Part shown: positions 29,006 to 37,918 of the stretch, piece by piece
How the letters are laid out: the number at the start of each line of letters is the position of its first letter
Numbering within the stretch: the first letter of the stretch is position 1
DNA from: Pedobacter sp.
GTDB taxonomy: Bacteria; Bacteroidota; Bacteroidia; Sphingobacteriales; Sphingobacteriaceae
Direction of reading: 5' to 3'
DNA length: 64,000 nt
Assembly: GCF_965227205.1 (NCBI RefSeq)
Contig: NZ_OZ245727.1
Coordinates: forward strand, 608,863-672,862
The notes under the pieces: model-generated
What the model was told of the DNA's origin: nothing
What the model saw: the letters and a program-made list of their open reading frames with translations, nothing else
Databases searched by the model: none
Translations under genes and position numbers: made by a program

Positions 29006-29884
29006 CTAAAGATGATTTTTCCTGTTTTTATAGATAGGATATAAGAATACTGAAGCTAAAATTATTACTGCTCCGAAGTAAAATCCAGTGCTCATTTGTT
29101 CTTTATTCTGAAAGAAAATATAAGCTAAAATTATTCCGTAAACAGGTTCTAAATTGGTTACTAATGCTACACGAAATGCGGATAAAGTCCGCATTACAGA
29201 TACACCTGCAACGTAAGCAACAGAGGTGCAAAATGTTCCTAAAATGGCAAGATAAAACCAATCTTTTGAGCTCAGATTAAATGGCATATTAAGCAACGAA
29301 CCATCGTATAAACGATATAAAGTTATCCAGAATAATCCGCCTACTAATTCGTAAAATCCTATAATAGAAGGCTCGCTTTTTTGAACAAATGTTGAGTTAA
29401 TTGTAGAAAATAAACTAGATGCTACAGCTGCAAGAAGTCCGAAAATAATGCCTAATGTGTACTGACTTTCGAACTTAAATATCATATAAATCCCGGCAAT
29501 TATTAATAAACCAACTAAAATATCGCCACCATAAATTGGCTGTTTTTTTATAAGCGGTTCTAATATTGCAGTAAATAATGTAAACGATGAAAGGCAAACT
29601 AAGGTTACAGAAACGGTGGAAACTTTAATTGCATGGAAGAAAAATATCCAATGAATGGCTACAATTCCGCCAGTTAAAAAGAACTGGATAAATTGTTTTT
29701 TTGTGATTTTTATGCTCTTTTTTGTAATTAAAAACCAAGCAAAAAGTGTCGATGTCGCAATCAAAACGCGATACCAAACCATCGGTACAGCATCAATTGA
29801 AATTACCTTTCCGAGTACTCCGGTGAAGCCCCAGATAAATACAGTTGCATGAAGAATAAGGAGATTTTTTTTGTTGGCTTCCAT
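29006..29884 (-). CDS. DMT/EamA family transporter
   Basis: 10 TM pattern; IWGFTGVLGK and TNLEPVYG; start MEANKK at 29884. Confidence 0.9.
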   Translation of the reverse strand: MEANKKNLLILHATVFIWGFTGVLGKVISIDAVPMVWYRVLIATSTLFAWFLITKKSIKITKKQFIQFFLTGGIVAIHWIFFFHAIKVSTVSVTLVCLSSFTLFTAILEPLIKKQPIYGGDILVGLLIIAGIYMIFKFESQYTLGIIFGLLAAVASSLFSTINSTFVQKSEPSIIGFYELVGGLFWITLYRLYDGSLLNMPFNLSSKDWFYLAILGTFCTSVAYVAGVSVMRTLSAFRVALVTNLEPVYGIILAYIFFQNKEQMSTGFYFGAVIILASVFLYPIYKNRKNHL

Positions 29885-29885
29885 G

Positions 29886-30983
29886 CTATTTTGGTGCACG
29901 CTTTAAGAGGTAAAATCCTAATAAGCCAAATGCAATTGTTGGTAGTAAAACGGCAATAAAAGGTGGTAGTCCTCCTTTGGTAGAAAACATTTGCGTGAAC
30001 TGATTAAATACAATGTAAGCAAAGCTTAGAAAGATGCCAATACCTAGCGAAACACCTACACCACCACGAACTTTTCGAGAGGAAAGTGCAACGCCAATTA
30101 ACGTTAAAACAAATGCTGAAAGCGGGTGAAGATAACGCTTATATTGTTCAAATTGTAAGTCGTTCATAATACCGGTACCACGAATTTTTTCTTTCCTTAT
30201 CTTCTCCGCAAGTTCATTTGTAGAAAGGTTTTGAACCACGTTATCATAAGCAGAAAAATCATCCGGACGCATATCTAAAATTGTGTCTTTAAGCTTTCCA
30301 TTTCCGTAAACCATGGTTTCTTTTAAGCCTTTTACATTACGTATTGTATAGTTACTTAACTGCCATTTACGCTTTGTAGAATCCCACTTAATGTTTTCTG
30401 CTATTATCTTTTTGGTAAGCACATCACCATCAAAATTATCCAAAGAGAAGCGATAACCGTAATTTGTTTTGTTATCAAAACTTTGAATGTAGATGTAAGT
30501 CTTATCATCAAGTTTCATGTGGATATTTGACTTTGTAGACGGATCGTTCCGTTTTACATATGTATTTTCAAAGCTGTTTTTAAGCGTATTCGTGTAAGGA
30601 AGCACGTATAAATTCGACAGTAAATTTGCCGAAAATATGATGCTTGCCGAGATAAAATACGGCCATAGAAACCTGTTGAAACTAACACCTCCACTTAAAA
30701 TTGGTACAATTTCAGTTTGGTCAGCCATTTTTGCGGTAAAGAAAATAACCGCAATAAAGTTAATCAATGGCGAAAGCATATTAATATAAAATGGAATCGA
30801 GCCTGCATAGTATTTAGTTAAAACACCCCAAAAGCTCAATCCACTTTTTAAAAAATCATCTAGTTTTTCCGATAAATCGAAAACAACAATTATAATCACG
30901 AAAATTGCAAGGGTATAGATAAATGTTCCCAGATATTTCCCGATTATAAAACGGTCGATAATTTTTAAGTTTATTAATTTCAT
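29886..30983 (-). CDS. LptF/LptG family LPS export permease
   Basis: IIDRFIIGKYL start, TEIVPILSGGVSFNR, SSRKVRGG. Confidence 0.9.
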   Translation of the reverse strand: MKLINLKIIDRFIIGKYLGTFIYTLAIFVIIIVVFDLSEKLDDFLKSGLSFWGVLTKYYAGSIPFYINMLSPLINFIAVIFFTAKMADQTEIVPILSGGVSFNRFLWPYFISASIIFSANLLSNLYVLPYTNTLKNSFENTYVKRNDPSTKSNIHMKLDDKTYIYIQSFDNKTNYGYRFSLDNFDGDVLTKKIIAENIKWDSTKRKWQLSNYTIRNVKGLKETMVYGNGKLKDTILDMRPDDFSAYDNVVQNLSTNELAEKIRKEKIRGTGIMNDLQFEQYKRYLHPLSAFVLTLIGVALSSRKVRGGVGVSLGIGIFLSFAYIVFNQFTQMFSTKGGLPPFIAVLLPTIAFGLLGFYLLKRAPK

Positions 30984-30984
30984 T

Positions 30985-32115
30985 TTATAGTTTGTTGCCC
31001 AATACCTTAACCATCTGGTTTTTCCAGTCGTAAAACTCGCCGCTAATAATTTTTTCTCTGGCTGTTTTAACTAGCCATAAATAGAAATGAAGGTTATGTA
31101 AAGTTGCAATTTGCGCACCAAGCATTTCATTGCTGTGTACCAAATGGCGTAAATATGCTTTACTTGTAACCAAATCTACATGTAAATCGCTATCAGTTTC
31201 AATAGGCGAAAAATCATTTTCCCACTTCTTGTTTCTGATGTTTATTATGCCGTTTTTGGTGAAAAGCATACCATTTCTGGCGTTTCTTGTTGGCATAACG
31301 CAATCGAACATATCAACGCCTAAAGCGATATTTTCCAATATATTAATTGGTGTACCAACCCCCATTAAATAACGTGGTTTATCGGCAGGTAATATGTCAC
31401 AAACAACTTCGGTCATCGCGTACATTTCATCAGCCGGTTCTCCAACTGATAAACCGCCGATTGCGTTACCTTCGCGACCCATGCTTGCAATAAATTCTGC
31501 CGATTTTATTCTTAAATCTTTATAAACAGAACCTTGAACGATAGGGAATAAAGTTTGGTCGAAACCATATTTTGGCTCCGTGTTATCAAAGTGCGTACAA
31601 CAGCGTTTTAGCCAACGATGCGTCATTTTCACGGATTCAGCTGCATAAGTATAATCGCAAGGATACGGTGTACATTCATCAAAAGCCATAATAATATCGG
31701 CTCCAATTGTTCGCTGAATATCCATAGCGTATTCTGGTGTAAAAAGATGCTTCGAACCATCAATGTGCGAATGGAAAGTAACACCTTCCTCTTTAATCTT
31801 CCTTACTTTACTTAGGGAATAAACCTGATAACCACCACTATCTGTTAAAATCGGGCGATCCCAGCCAATAAATTTATGTAATCCACCAGCCGATTCAAGA
31901 ATATCTAATCCCGGACGTAAGTATAAATGATAGGTATTACCTAAAATTATCTGAGCATTTATGTCGTTTTCAAGTTCACGCTGATGTACAGCTTTAACCG
32001 TACCTGCGGTACCAACAGGCATAAAAATTGGCGTTTGTATTTCGCCATGCGCTGTTGTAACAGTTCCGGCTCTGGCTTTAGATAACGGATCGTTAGCCTT
32101 TAAAGTAAATTTCAT
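30985..32115 (-). CDS. tgt: Queuine tRNA-ribosyltransferase
   Basis: TPIFMPVGT, ILTDSGGYQV, MAFDEC, PRYLMGVG, DMFDCVMPTRNARNG. Confidence 0.98.
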   Translation of the reverse strand: MKFTLKANDPLSKARAGTVTTAHGEIQTPIFMPVGTAGTVKAVHQRELENDINAQIILGNTYHLYLRPGLDILESAGGLHKFIGWDRPILTDSGGYQVYSLSKVRKIKEEGVTFHSHIDGSKHLFTPEYAMDIQRTIGADIIMAFDECTPYPCDYTYAAESVKMTHRWLKRCCTHFDNTEPKYGFDQTLFPIVQGSVYKDLRIKSAEFIASMGREGNAIGGLSVGEPADEMYAMTEVVCDILPADKPRYLMGVGTPINILENIALGVDMFDCVMPTRNARNGMLFTKNGIINIRNKKWENDFSPIETDSDLHVDLVTSKAYLRHLVHSNEMLGAQIATLHNLHFYLWLVKTAREKIISGEFYDWKNQMVKVLGNKL

Positions 32116-32231
32116 ATAGGATGCAAAAGTAACAAATTTACAACACCTTATATATATGGTAAATCAGTTTAATGGTTTAAAAACAATCGAATATCTACTA
32201 TGTTATAAAAGCGTAACCACTTAAATAAGCT

Positions 32232-32918
32232 ATGAAAAATTATAATAAATTTAGTTTTCTTGTACTTTTTATCATTTTAAGTCATTTAAACGGTTTCGCT
32301 CAATACGATGCATCAGCAACCTTAAGTTTGGGGATGGGACATGGCTACACAGCTTTAAGTCAGAGTGTAATGAGCAATGCTTTTAATAATAGCAATACCA
32401 AAACACCAGCTAAATCGACCAATGCTGATTATATTTATTTAGGTTTTAGTGATTATAGGGGTTTTGAGGATAAGATTTTAAATTCACTTTTAGCGAACAA
32501 TAAAAATTCTGATAAAGGAAAAATCAGGAGTTTTCTATCCAGTACACGCACAATGTATCATTTTATGATACGCTCCAGAGATTTAGGTTTGAAGGATACA
32601 TACATATCAGATATTATTGCAACTGGAATTGCCTGGAATTGGGAAATGTATCACGAAAGTAAAGCCAGCAAGCAGAGAGTCATTAATCTTCGCAATGCGA
32701 TAAGAAATAATATGGCAAAAGATGGGATTAAAACCCAGATATCCAAGTTATCCGCAGAAGATAAGCGTAATTGGATTTTAAGTTTTATGTACAACAACAG
32801 TATGTTGGCACAAACTATTAAACAATCAGGTAAATTATCGGCTACACAAAAACAACAATTGCTTACAACAGCACAGCAGGCTGGAGTTCCAAACATTGCA
32901 TCTGTATCACTTAAATAA
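32232..32918 (+). CDS. Hypothetical secreted helical protein
   Basis: 228-aa ORF with signal peptide; family not recognised. Confidence 0.7.
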   Translation: MKNYNKFSFLVLFIILSHLNGFAQYDASATLSLGMGHGYTALSQSVMSNAFNNSNTKTPAKSTNADYIYLGFSDYRGFEDKILNSLLANNKNSDKGKIRSFLSSTRTMYHFMIRSRDLGLKDTYISDIIATGIAWNWEMYHESKASKQRVINLRNAIRNNMAKDGIKTQISKLSAEDKRNWILSFMYNNSMLAQTIKQSGKLSATQKQQLLTTAQQAGVPNIASVSLK

Positions 32919-32996
32919 CATTATTGATGTTTTTTTTCAAAAAAGGTAATATTGCAGATTTAAAATGAGAAATTTGCGCCTGTTTATTTTAACGTT

Positions 32997-34124
32997 GTGA
33001 TACTAACCCTAGTCGAAATCTGTTTGATTTCATTTTTTGCTTTTTGCTTAATCATCCAATTATATTATGTGCTTTTTGTTCATTTAAAGCTTGCAAATGT
33101 AACCGTTGAAGAAGTGCCTGATGTAGTTAAAGCGCCAATTAGCGTAGTTATTTGTGCTCGTAACGAGATAAATAATCTAGAAAAATATTTACCTTCTATT
33201 TTCAATCAAAATTACCCTGAGTTTGAAGTTGTTGTTGTAAACGACAGATCTTGGGATGGAACAGAAGAACTGCTCGAAAAATTAGAAAAGCAATATACTA
33301 ACCTTAAAGTTGTTAAGATTTTAGATAACGATAAATTTATTGCAGGTAAGAAATTTGCTGTTACAATGGGAATCAAGGCCGCAAAGCATGATTGGTTAGT
33401 TTTCACAGATGCCGATTGTGTTCCTGAAAGTGATAATTGGCTAATGTGTATGCAACAACCTGTTTACGAAGAAACAGAAATTGTGCTTGGTTATTCGCCT
33501 TACTTAAAAAAACGTAGCTTATTAAATGCACTAATTCGCTTTGAAACTTTTTTTACTGCCGTTAACTACCTTTCTTTTGCTTTAAAAGGAATGCCTTACA
33601 TGGGCGTAGGCAGAAATATGGCTTACAAAAAATCGCTATTTTTTAAAAATAAAGGTTTTGCAGCACATATGCACATACCTTCTGGCGATGATGATTTATT
33701 TGTAAATGCTCATGCAAATAGAAACAATACAGAAATCAGAATTAATAAAGAAAGCCAGGTTTGGAGCGAACCAAATACAAGTTGGGCTGGTTATCTGCGT
33801 CAAAAAAAGCGTCATTTTGGGGCAGGAAAATTCTACAAGCCAAAGCATAAATTTATACTAACACTACAAATTATTTTTCAGTTTTTGTTCTATGCAGTAT
33901 TTGCTGCTTGTATGTTTTTTAGTTTAGAGGCTAAATATGTTGCTGGTGGTATTTTACTTTTGAGTATAATTGTTAAGAGCCTGATTTATCCAAAACTTTT
34001 AAACCGTTTAAATTATAGAGATTTACGTTGGTGGTTCCCAATATTAGATATACTTTTGTTCTTCTTTTTAATCTTAAACGGCTTTCTATCTATCTTTGGG
34101 AAGAAAAAAGTAAACTGGAAATAA
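32997..34124 (+). CDS. GT2 family glycosyltransferase, membrane-bound
   Basis: VVICARNE, VNDRSWD, FTDADC, GDDDL, QKKRH motifs; GTG start. Confidence 0.93.
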   Translation: MILTLVEICLISFFAFCLIIQLYYVLFVHLKLANVTVEEVPDVVKAPISVVICARNEINNLEKYLPSIFNQNYPEFEVVVVNDRSWDGTEELLEKLEKQYTNLKVVKILDNDKFIAGKKFAVTMGIKAAKHDWLVFTDADCVPESDNWLMCMQQPVYEETEIVLGYSPYLKKRSLLNALIRFETFFTAVNYLSFALKGMPYMGVGRNMAYKKSLFFKNKGFAAHMHIPSGDDDLFVNAHANRNNTEIRINKESQVWSEPNTSWAGYLRQKKRHFGAGKFYKPKHKFILTLQIIFQFLFYAVFAACMFFSLEAKYVAGGILLLSIIVKSLIYPKLLNRLNYRDLRWWFPILDILLFFFLILNGFLSIFGKKKVNWK

Positions 34125-34145
34125 TTAAATATTGAATAGAATTTT

Positions 34146-34781
34146 ATGTCTGAAATAAAGCCTGATATCATCCTAAAATATTTTCCTGATTTATCAGAAA
34201 AGCAGATTTCTCAATTTTCTCAGTTATTCGATTTGTATAACCATTGGAATGCTCAAATCAATGTAATTTCGAGAAAAGATATAGAAGAACTTTATGAACG
34301 CCATGTATTGCATTCATTAGGTATAGCCAGAGTTTGTACTTTTAAAAAAGGAGAAAGTGTGCTTGATGTTGGAACAGGGGGAGGTTTTCCGGGTATTCCT
34401 TTGGCCATCTTATTTCCAGAAACTGAATTTTATCTGGTAGATTCTATCGGGAAAAAAATTAAGGTTGTGAACGAAGTAGCTTCTGCATTAGGTTTAGAAA
34501 ACTTAAAAGCTGAGCATTTAAGGGCAGAACAAATCAAAGATAAATTCAACTTTGTGGTTTCGAGAGCTGTTACTCGTCTGGGAGAGTTTTATCCGTGGAT
34601 ACAAGGCAAGTTTAAGAAAGAATCAATAAATGCTATTCCGAATGGTATTCTTTATTTAAAAGGAGGAGATTTAGCTGAAGAGATAAAAGAATCAAAACTG
34701 AAAGCAGAATTATATCCGCTTTCAGCCTATTTTGAGGAAGATTTCTTTGATACGAAGTATGTGGTTTATGTTCCGCAATAA
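34146..34781 (+). CDS. rsmG: 16S rRNA m7G527 methyltransferase
   Basis: RHVLHSL, LDVGTGGGFPGIPL, VSRAV, LYLKG. Confidence 0.96.
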   Translation: MSEIKPDIILKYFPDLSEKQISQFSQLFDLYNHWNAQINVISRKDIEELYERHVLHSLGIARVCTFKKGESVLDVGTGGGFPGIPLAILFPETEFYLVDSIGKKIKVVNEVASALGLENLKAEHLRAEQIKDKFNFVVSRAVTRLGEFYPWIQGKFKKESINAIPNGILYLKGGDLAEEIKESKLKAELYPLSAYFEEDFFDTKYVVYVPQ

Positions 34782-34799
34782 TCTTCTAAATTAACTTAC

Positions 34800-36023
34800 T
34801 TATTTAGTTCCCGGTATCGGGTCGCCGTAAATAACATCATCTTTATTTTGTTTTTTCTTTGCTGGTGCCGGCTCAATTGGTGGAGGTGGAGCCAGAATTA
34901 TTTCTTTAACATCACCTTTAGCAGGTTTTGGTTCAACAGGCGGCGGTGGTGGCGCTATTTTTATGTCTAACGTTTTTTTAGCAGGAGCTTTTGGCGGTTT
35001 AGGAGGTACAGCACCTTTTTTCGGTGCGTCTGGTTTAACAATTGGAGGTCCTATTGGTGGCGGTGGAGGAACTTTTTTTCCTGGATCGGCAATTACAATT
35101 TCTTTAGCCTTTGTCTTTTTAGGTGTTGTTTGATTAGGACCAAATTTATTGCTGCTGGTTTTAGGATATAAGTCTAAAACTCCATAATCTTTTGTAAAGG
35201 CCATTGTTGATGCGCAAACCATAGCACCTGCTAACGGTAGCGTAATTAACAATCTGAGCCTTGCCCATTTTGCTGATTTCTTTTGATTTAACATACTGAT
35301 TCTCTGTTTTAAAATTGATGAATTAAATATTTGGTTAGTGAGTGATAAATTCTGGCTATCGTATGTGTTCTGAATTAAAAACATTGCATAATCATACTTC
35401 GCAACATCTTGATTAGTAGTTGATTCATCTGCTAAATATTCATGTATAAGTTTTACATCTTTTTTTAAGAAGAATACCAAAGGATTAAACCAGTTTAAGA
35501 TTTGTAAAAGCTCAAAAAATAGTACATCAATACTATGCTTTTGGTTGATGTGCACCATTTCATGCTTTATAACCGTACTTTTTTGAGGTAACGACGGATC
35601 TATAAATAATAGCGCAAAAAATGAAAAAGCCGTTTTAGAGCCAGATAGTTCAATTACTCTGATACCATTCTCTTGTTTTACATTAGATTTAAGAAGAAGC
35701 GTAATGAGTCGCTTAAACCCAAATAATAGTTTAACAAATAAAAACATTACAACCAATCCATAGATAATTATTACTATGTTTTCTACGGTTAGAAACGATG
35801 TTTGAACTTCACCTTGTTCATAATAAAACTGTTGCTCCTGAATGATTTCCTTTGAGAAAAAACCAATTTGTAAGAAGGGTAAAACAAAAGCTAAAACAGC
35901 CGAGCAAAGCAAATAAAAACGGTTTGCTGCGTAAAAGGTTTGTTTATGCAGTAACAACCTGTAAAAAGCATAGAATATGGTTAAATACAGATTGGCTTCG
36001 AGTAAATAATATATCCAGTTCAT
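34800..36023 (-). CDS. M56 (BlaR1/MecR1-like) peptidase with Pro-rich C-terminal tail
   Basis: AFSFF, HEMVH (HExxH), WFNP, HEYLAD, LKQRISML. Confidence 0.9.
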   Translation of the reverse strand: MNWIYYLLEANLYLTIFYAFYRLLLHKQTFYAANRFYLLCSAVLAFVLPFLQIGFFSKEIIQEQQFYYEQGEVQTSFLTVENIVIIIYGLVVMFLFVKLLFGFKRLITLLLKSNVKQENGIRVIELSGSKTAFSFFALLFIDPSLPQKSTVIKHEMVHINQKHSIDVLFFELLQILNWFNPLVFFLKKDVKLIHEYLADESTTNQDVAKYDYAMFLIQNTYDSQNLSLTNQIFNSSILKQRISMLNQKKSAKWARLRLLITLPLAGAMVCASTMAFTKDYGVLDLYPKTSSNKFGPNQTTPKKTKAKEIVIADPGKKVPPPPPIGPPIVKPDAPKKGAVPPKPPKAPAKKTLDIKIAPPPPPVEPKPAKGDVKEIILAPPPPIEPAPAKKKQNKDDVIYGDPIPGTK

Positions 36024-36394
36024 TATTTATGTTCTTTAAGCTTTTCAGCGAGTTTAATTATCTCATTTAATTCTTCAGCACCCATTTTTTTATCCTTAAC
36101 TAAAAAAGAAACCAAACTTTCGTAAGAGTTTTCGAAGTAGTTATTCATCACTTTATTTAAAGCGAAACGCTTATAATCTGGTTCGGCAATAATAGGGAAG
36201 TAGATGTGTGTGTTCCCGATCGCTTTATGATCTACAAAACCTTTCCCTTCCAAAACTCTGATAACCGTAGAAACCGTATTGTAGGCCGGCTTTGGCTCGT
36301 CCATCTTTTCTATTACATCTTTAACCAATGATTCGCCCATTTCCCAAAGGATTAGCATGATTTGTTCTTCTGCTTTTGTAAGTTCTTTTATCAT
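36023..36394 (-). CDS. BlaI/MecI/CopY family repressor
   Basis: LTKAEEQIMLILW, PAYNTVSTVIRVLEGKGFV; overlaps M56 start. Confidence 0.95.
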   Translation of the reverse strand: MIKELTKAEEQIMLILWEMGESLVKDVIEKMDEPKPAYNTVSTVIRVLEGKGFVDHKAIGNTHIYFPIIAEPDYKRFALNKVMNNYFENSYESLVSFLVKDKKMGAEELNEIIKLAEKLKEHK

Positions 36395-36397
36395 AGT

Positions 36398-36468
36398 AAC
36401 TATTTTTATAGTTTGCTTAGATTAAAGTTACTACTATTTTTATAGTTTACAAACTATTTTTATAGTTT
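36398..36468. promoter_or_regulatory. Three palindromic ACTAT-TTTT-ATAGT boxes, candidate BlaI-family operators
   Basis: Copies at 36398-36413, 36433-36446, 36451-36468, directly upstream of the repressor ATG. Confidence 0.75.
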
Positions 36469-36530
36469 TTTATTAAATTATTGATTTTTAGTGTTCTATT
36501 AATGATTTTATATTTTCTAAAGCATAAAAA

Positions 36531-36553
36531 AACCTGCCTTGATGGGGCAGGTT
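36531..36553 (-). terminator. Intrinsic terminator of the M28 gene
   Basis: AACCTGCC/GGCAGGTT hairpin with A-run on + strand. Confidence 0.8.
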
Positions 36554-36572
36554 GTAAATTATTTAGTGGCTA

Positions 36573-37547
36573 TTAAAACTTTTCCTGTTTTCGAGGATTG
36601 TCCATCATAATCATTTTATCTTTTAAAATTTGCTGTAAACCAGATTGGTTATCGATACTTTTTACAACATCTAAAACAACATTTGCAGCATTGCTGAAAA
36701 ACTGCTTTGTAATTGTTTCATATTTATCGGTTGCTTTGTGGTAATCTTTATGATCTTCTACACCAAAATAAAGGAATGGAATGTTTTTAGCATTAAATGC
36801 ACCTTGATCACTTTGGTTTGTCCAGTCATCTCTACCAAGTTTAGGGTCGTCGTGACCTAAAGTAACCTTAATATCTTTTCTATTTGTATCGATATGTTTT
36901 TTCAAAAAAGGATATTTAAACGTTCCGGAAACATACAATTCTCCTTTATCGCTGTGACTAATCATATCCATATTTAAATTAACAGCAATAGTTGCAATTG
37001 GCACCGGAGGGTTAGCAACAAATGCCTTTGCACCTTGTAAACCCATTTCTTCGGCATCGAATGAAGCAAAGATGATGGTATTTGTTGGTTTGTTCTTAGC
37101 AAAATAAGCTGCAATTTTCAGTAATCCTGCCGTTCCTGAAGCATTATCATCTGCTCCGTTAAAAATCTGATCTTTAACTACGCCTAAATGGTCGTAATGT
37201 GCCGAAACAACAATTACGTTCGAAGTTTTACCTGGAATATAGCCGATAACATTGGTTCCATTTACCTTTGCACCACCTCTTGAATTAAAAGCAAACTCCT
37301 GTGCGTAGTTTACATTTTGAGGATAAGATTTTAAACCTAATTTTTTAAATCTATCAATAATGTAAGCTCTTGCCATTTCAGCGCCCTTTGTTCCGGTTTT
37401 TCTGCCTTGATATGCATCAGATGATAAGGTTTCTACATCTTTTAGCAATTGCGTATCTAACTTAGATGAATCAGTTGAACTTTGGTTTTTTACTGATGAG
37501 CAGCAGCTTAGCGTAATCGCTAACGGAATTAGGTAAAGGAATTTCAT
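36573..37547 (-). CDS. M28 family peptidase, probable lipoprotein
   Basis: LSCC lipobox-like; SAHYDHLG, GADDNASG, AEEMGL, NMDMI, SDQ, DYH. Confidence 0.9.
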   Translation of the reverse strand: MKFLYLIPLAITLSCCSSVKNQSSTDSSKLDTQLLKDVETLSSDAYQGRKTGTKGAEMARAYIIDRFKKLGLKSYPQNVNYAQEFAFNSRGGAKVNGTNVIGYIPGKTSNVIVVSAHYDHLGVVKDQIFNGADDNASGTAGLLKIAAYFAKNKPTNTIIFASFDAEEMGLQGAKAFVANPPVPIATIAVNLNMDMISHSDKGELYVSGTFKYPFLKKHIDTNRKDIKVTLGHDDPKLGRDDWTNQSDQGAFNAKNIPFLYFGVEDHKDYHKATDKYETITKQFFSNAANVVLDVVKSIDNQSGLQQILKDKMIMMDNPRKQEKF

Positions 37548-37661
37548 ATTTTTTTCGTTTCGCCATTTTTAAATGATGGCGTTTATTTGTTTTTTGCTTA
37601 AAGATATTAATTATTGGGTTATTGAAAGGAAAACGTTGTTTTTTGTACTGTATTGCGTTTA

Positions 37662-37845
37662 TAAACCTGATGGAAATGGAAATACTTTTTTTAGCAGCTA
37701 CCTTGAATAAACTGTCATGTTGAGGCACGAAGCATCTGCAACCGATGAAACAGATGCTTCGTGCCTTAGCATGACAGTGCCTAAAAAAGATTGCAATGTA
37801 CAGCAGGACTGAAGAACGCCATAATGGATGGCTTAGTTTTTCTAA
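37662..37845 (+). repeat. Family B element containing a REP doublet (37711-37778)
   Basis: TAAACCTGATGG...TTTTT[ACTGTCATGTTGAGGCACGAAGCATCTG...CAGATGCTTCGTGCCTTAGCATGACAGT]AAAAAAGATTGCAATGTACAGCAGGAC. Confidence 0.8.
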
Positions 37846-37918
37846 ATTTTAAACATCAATGAAAATTTAAGCTCTTTGCCTTAAACTTTCAACTTTTCAC
37901 TTTCAACTTTCTACTTCC

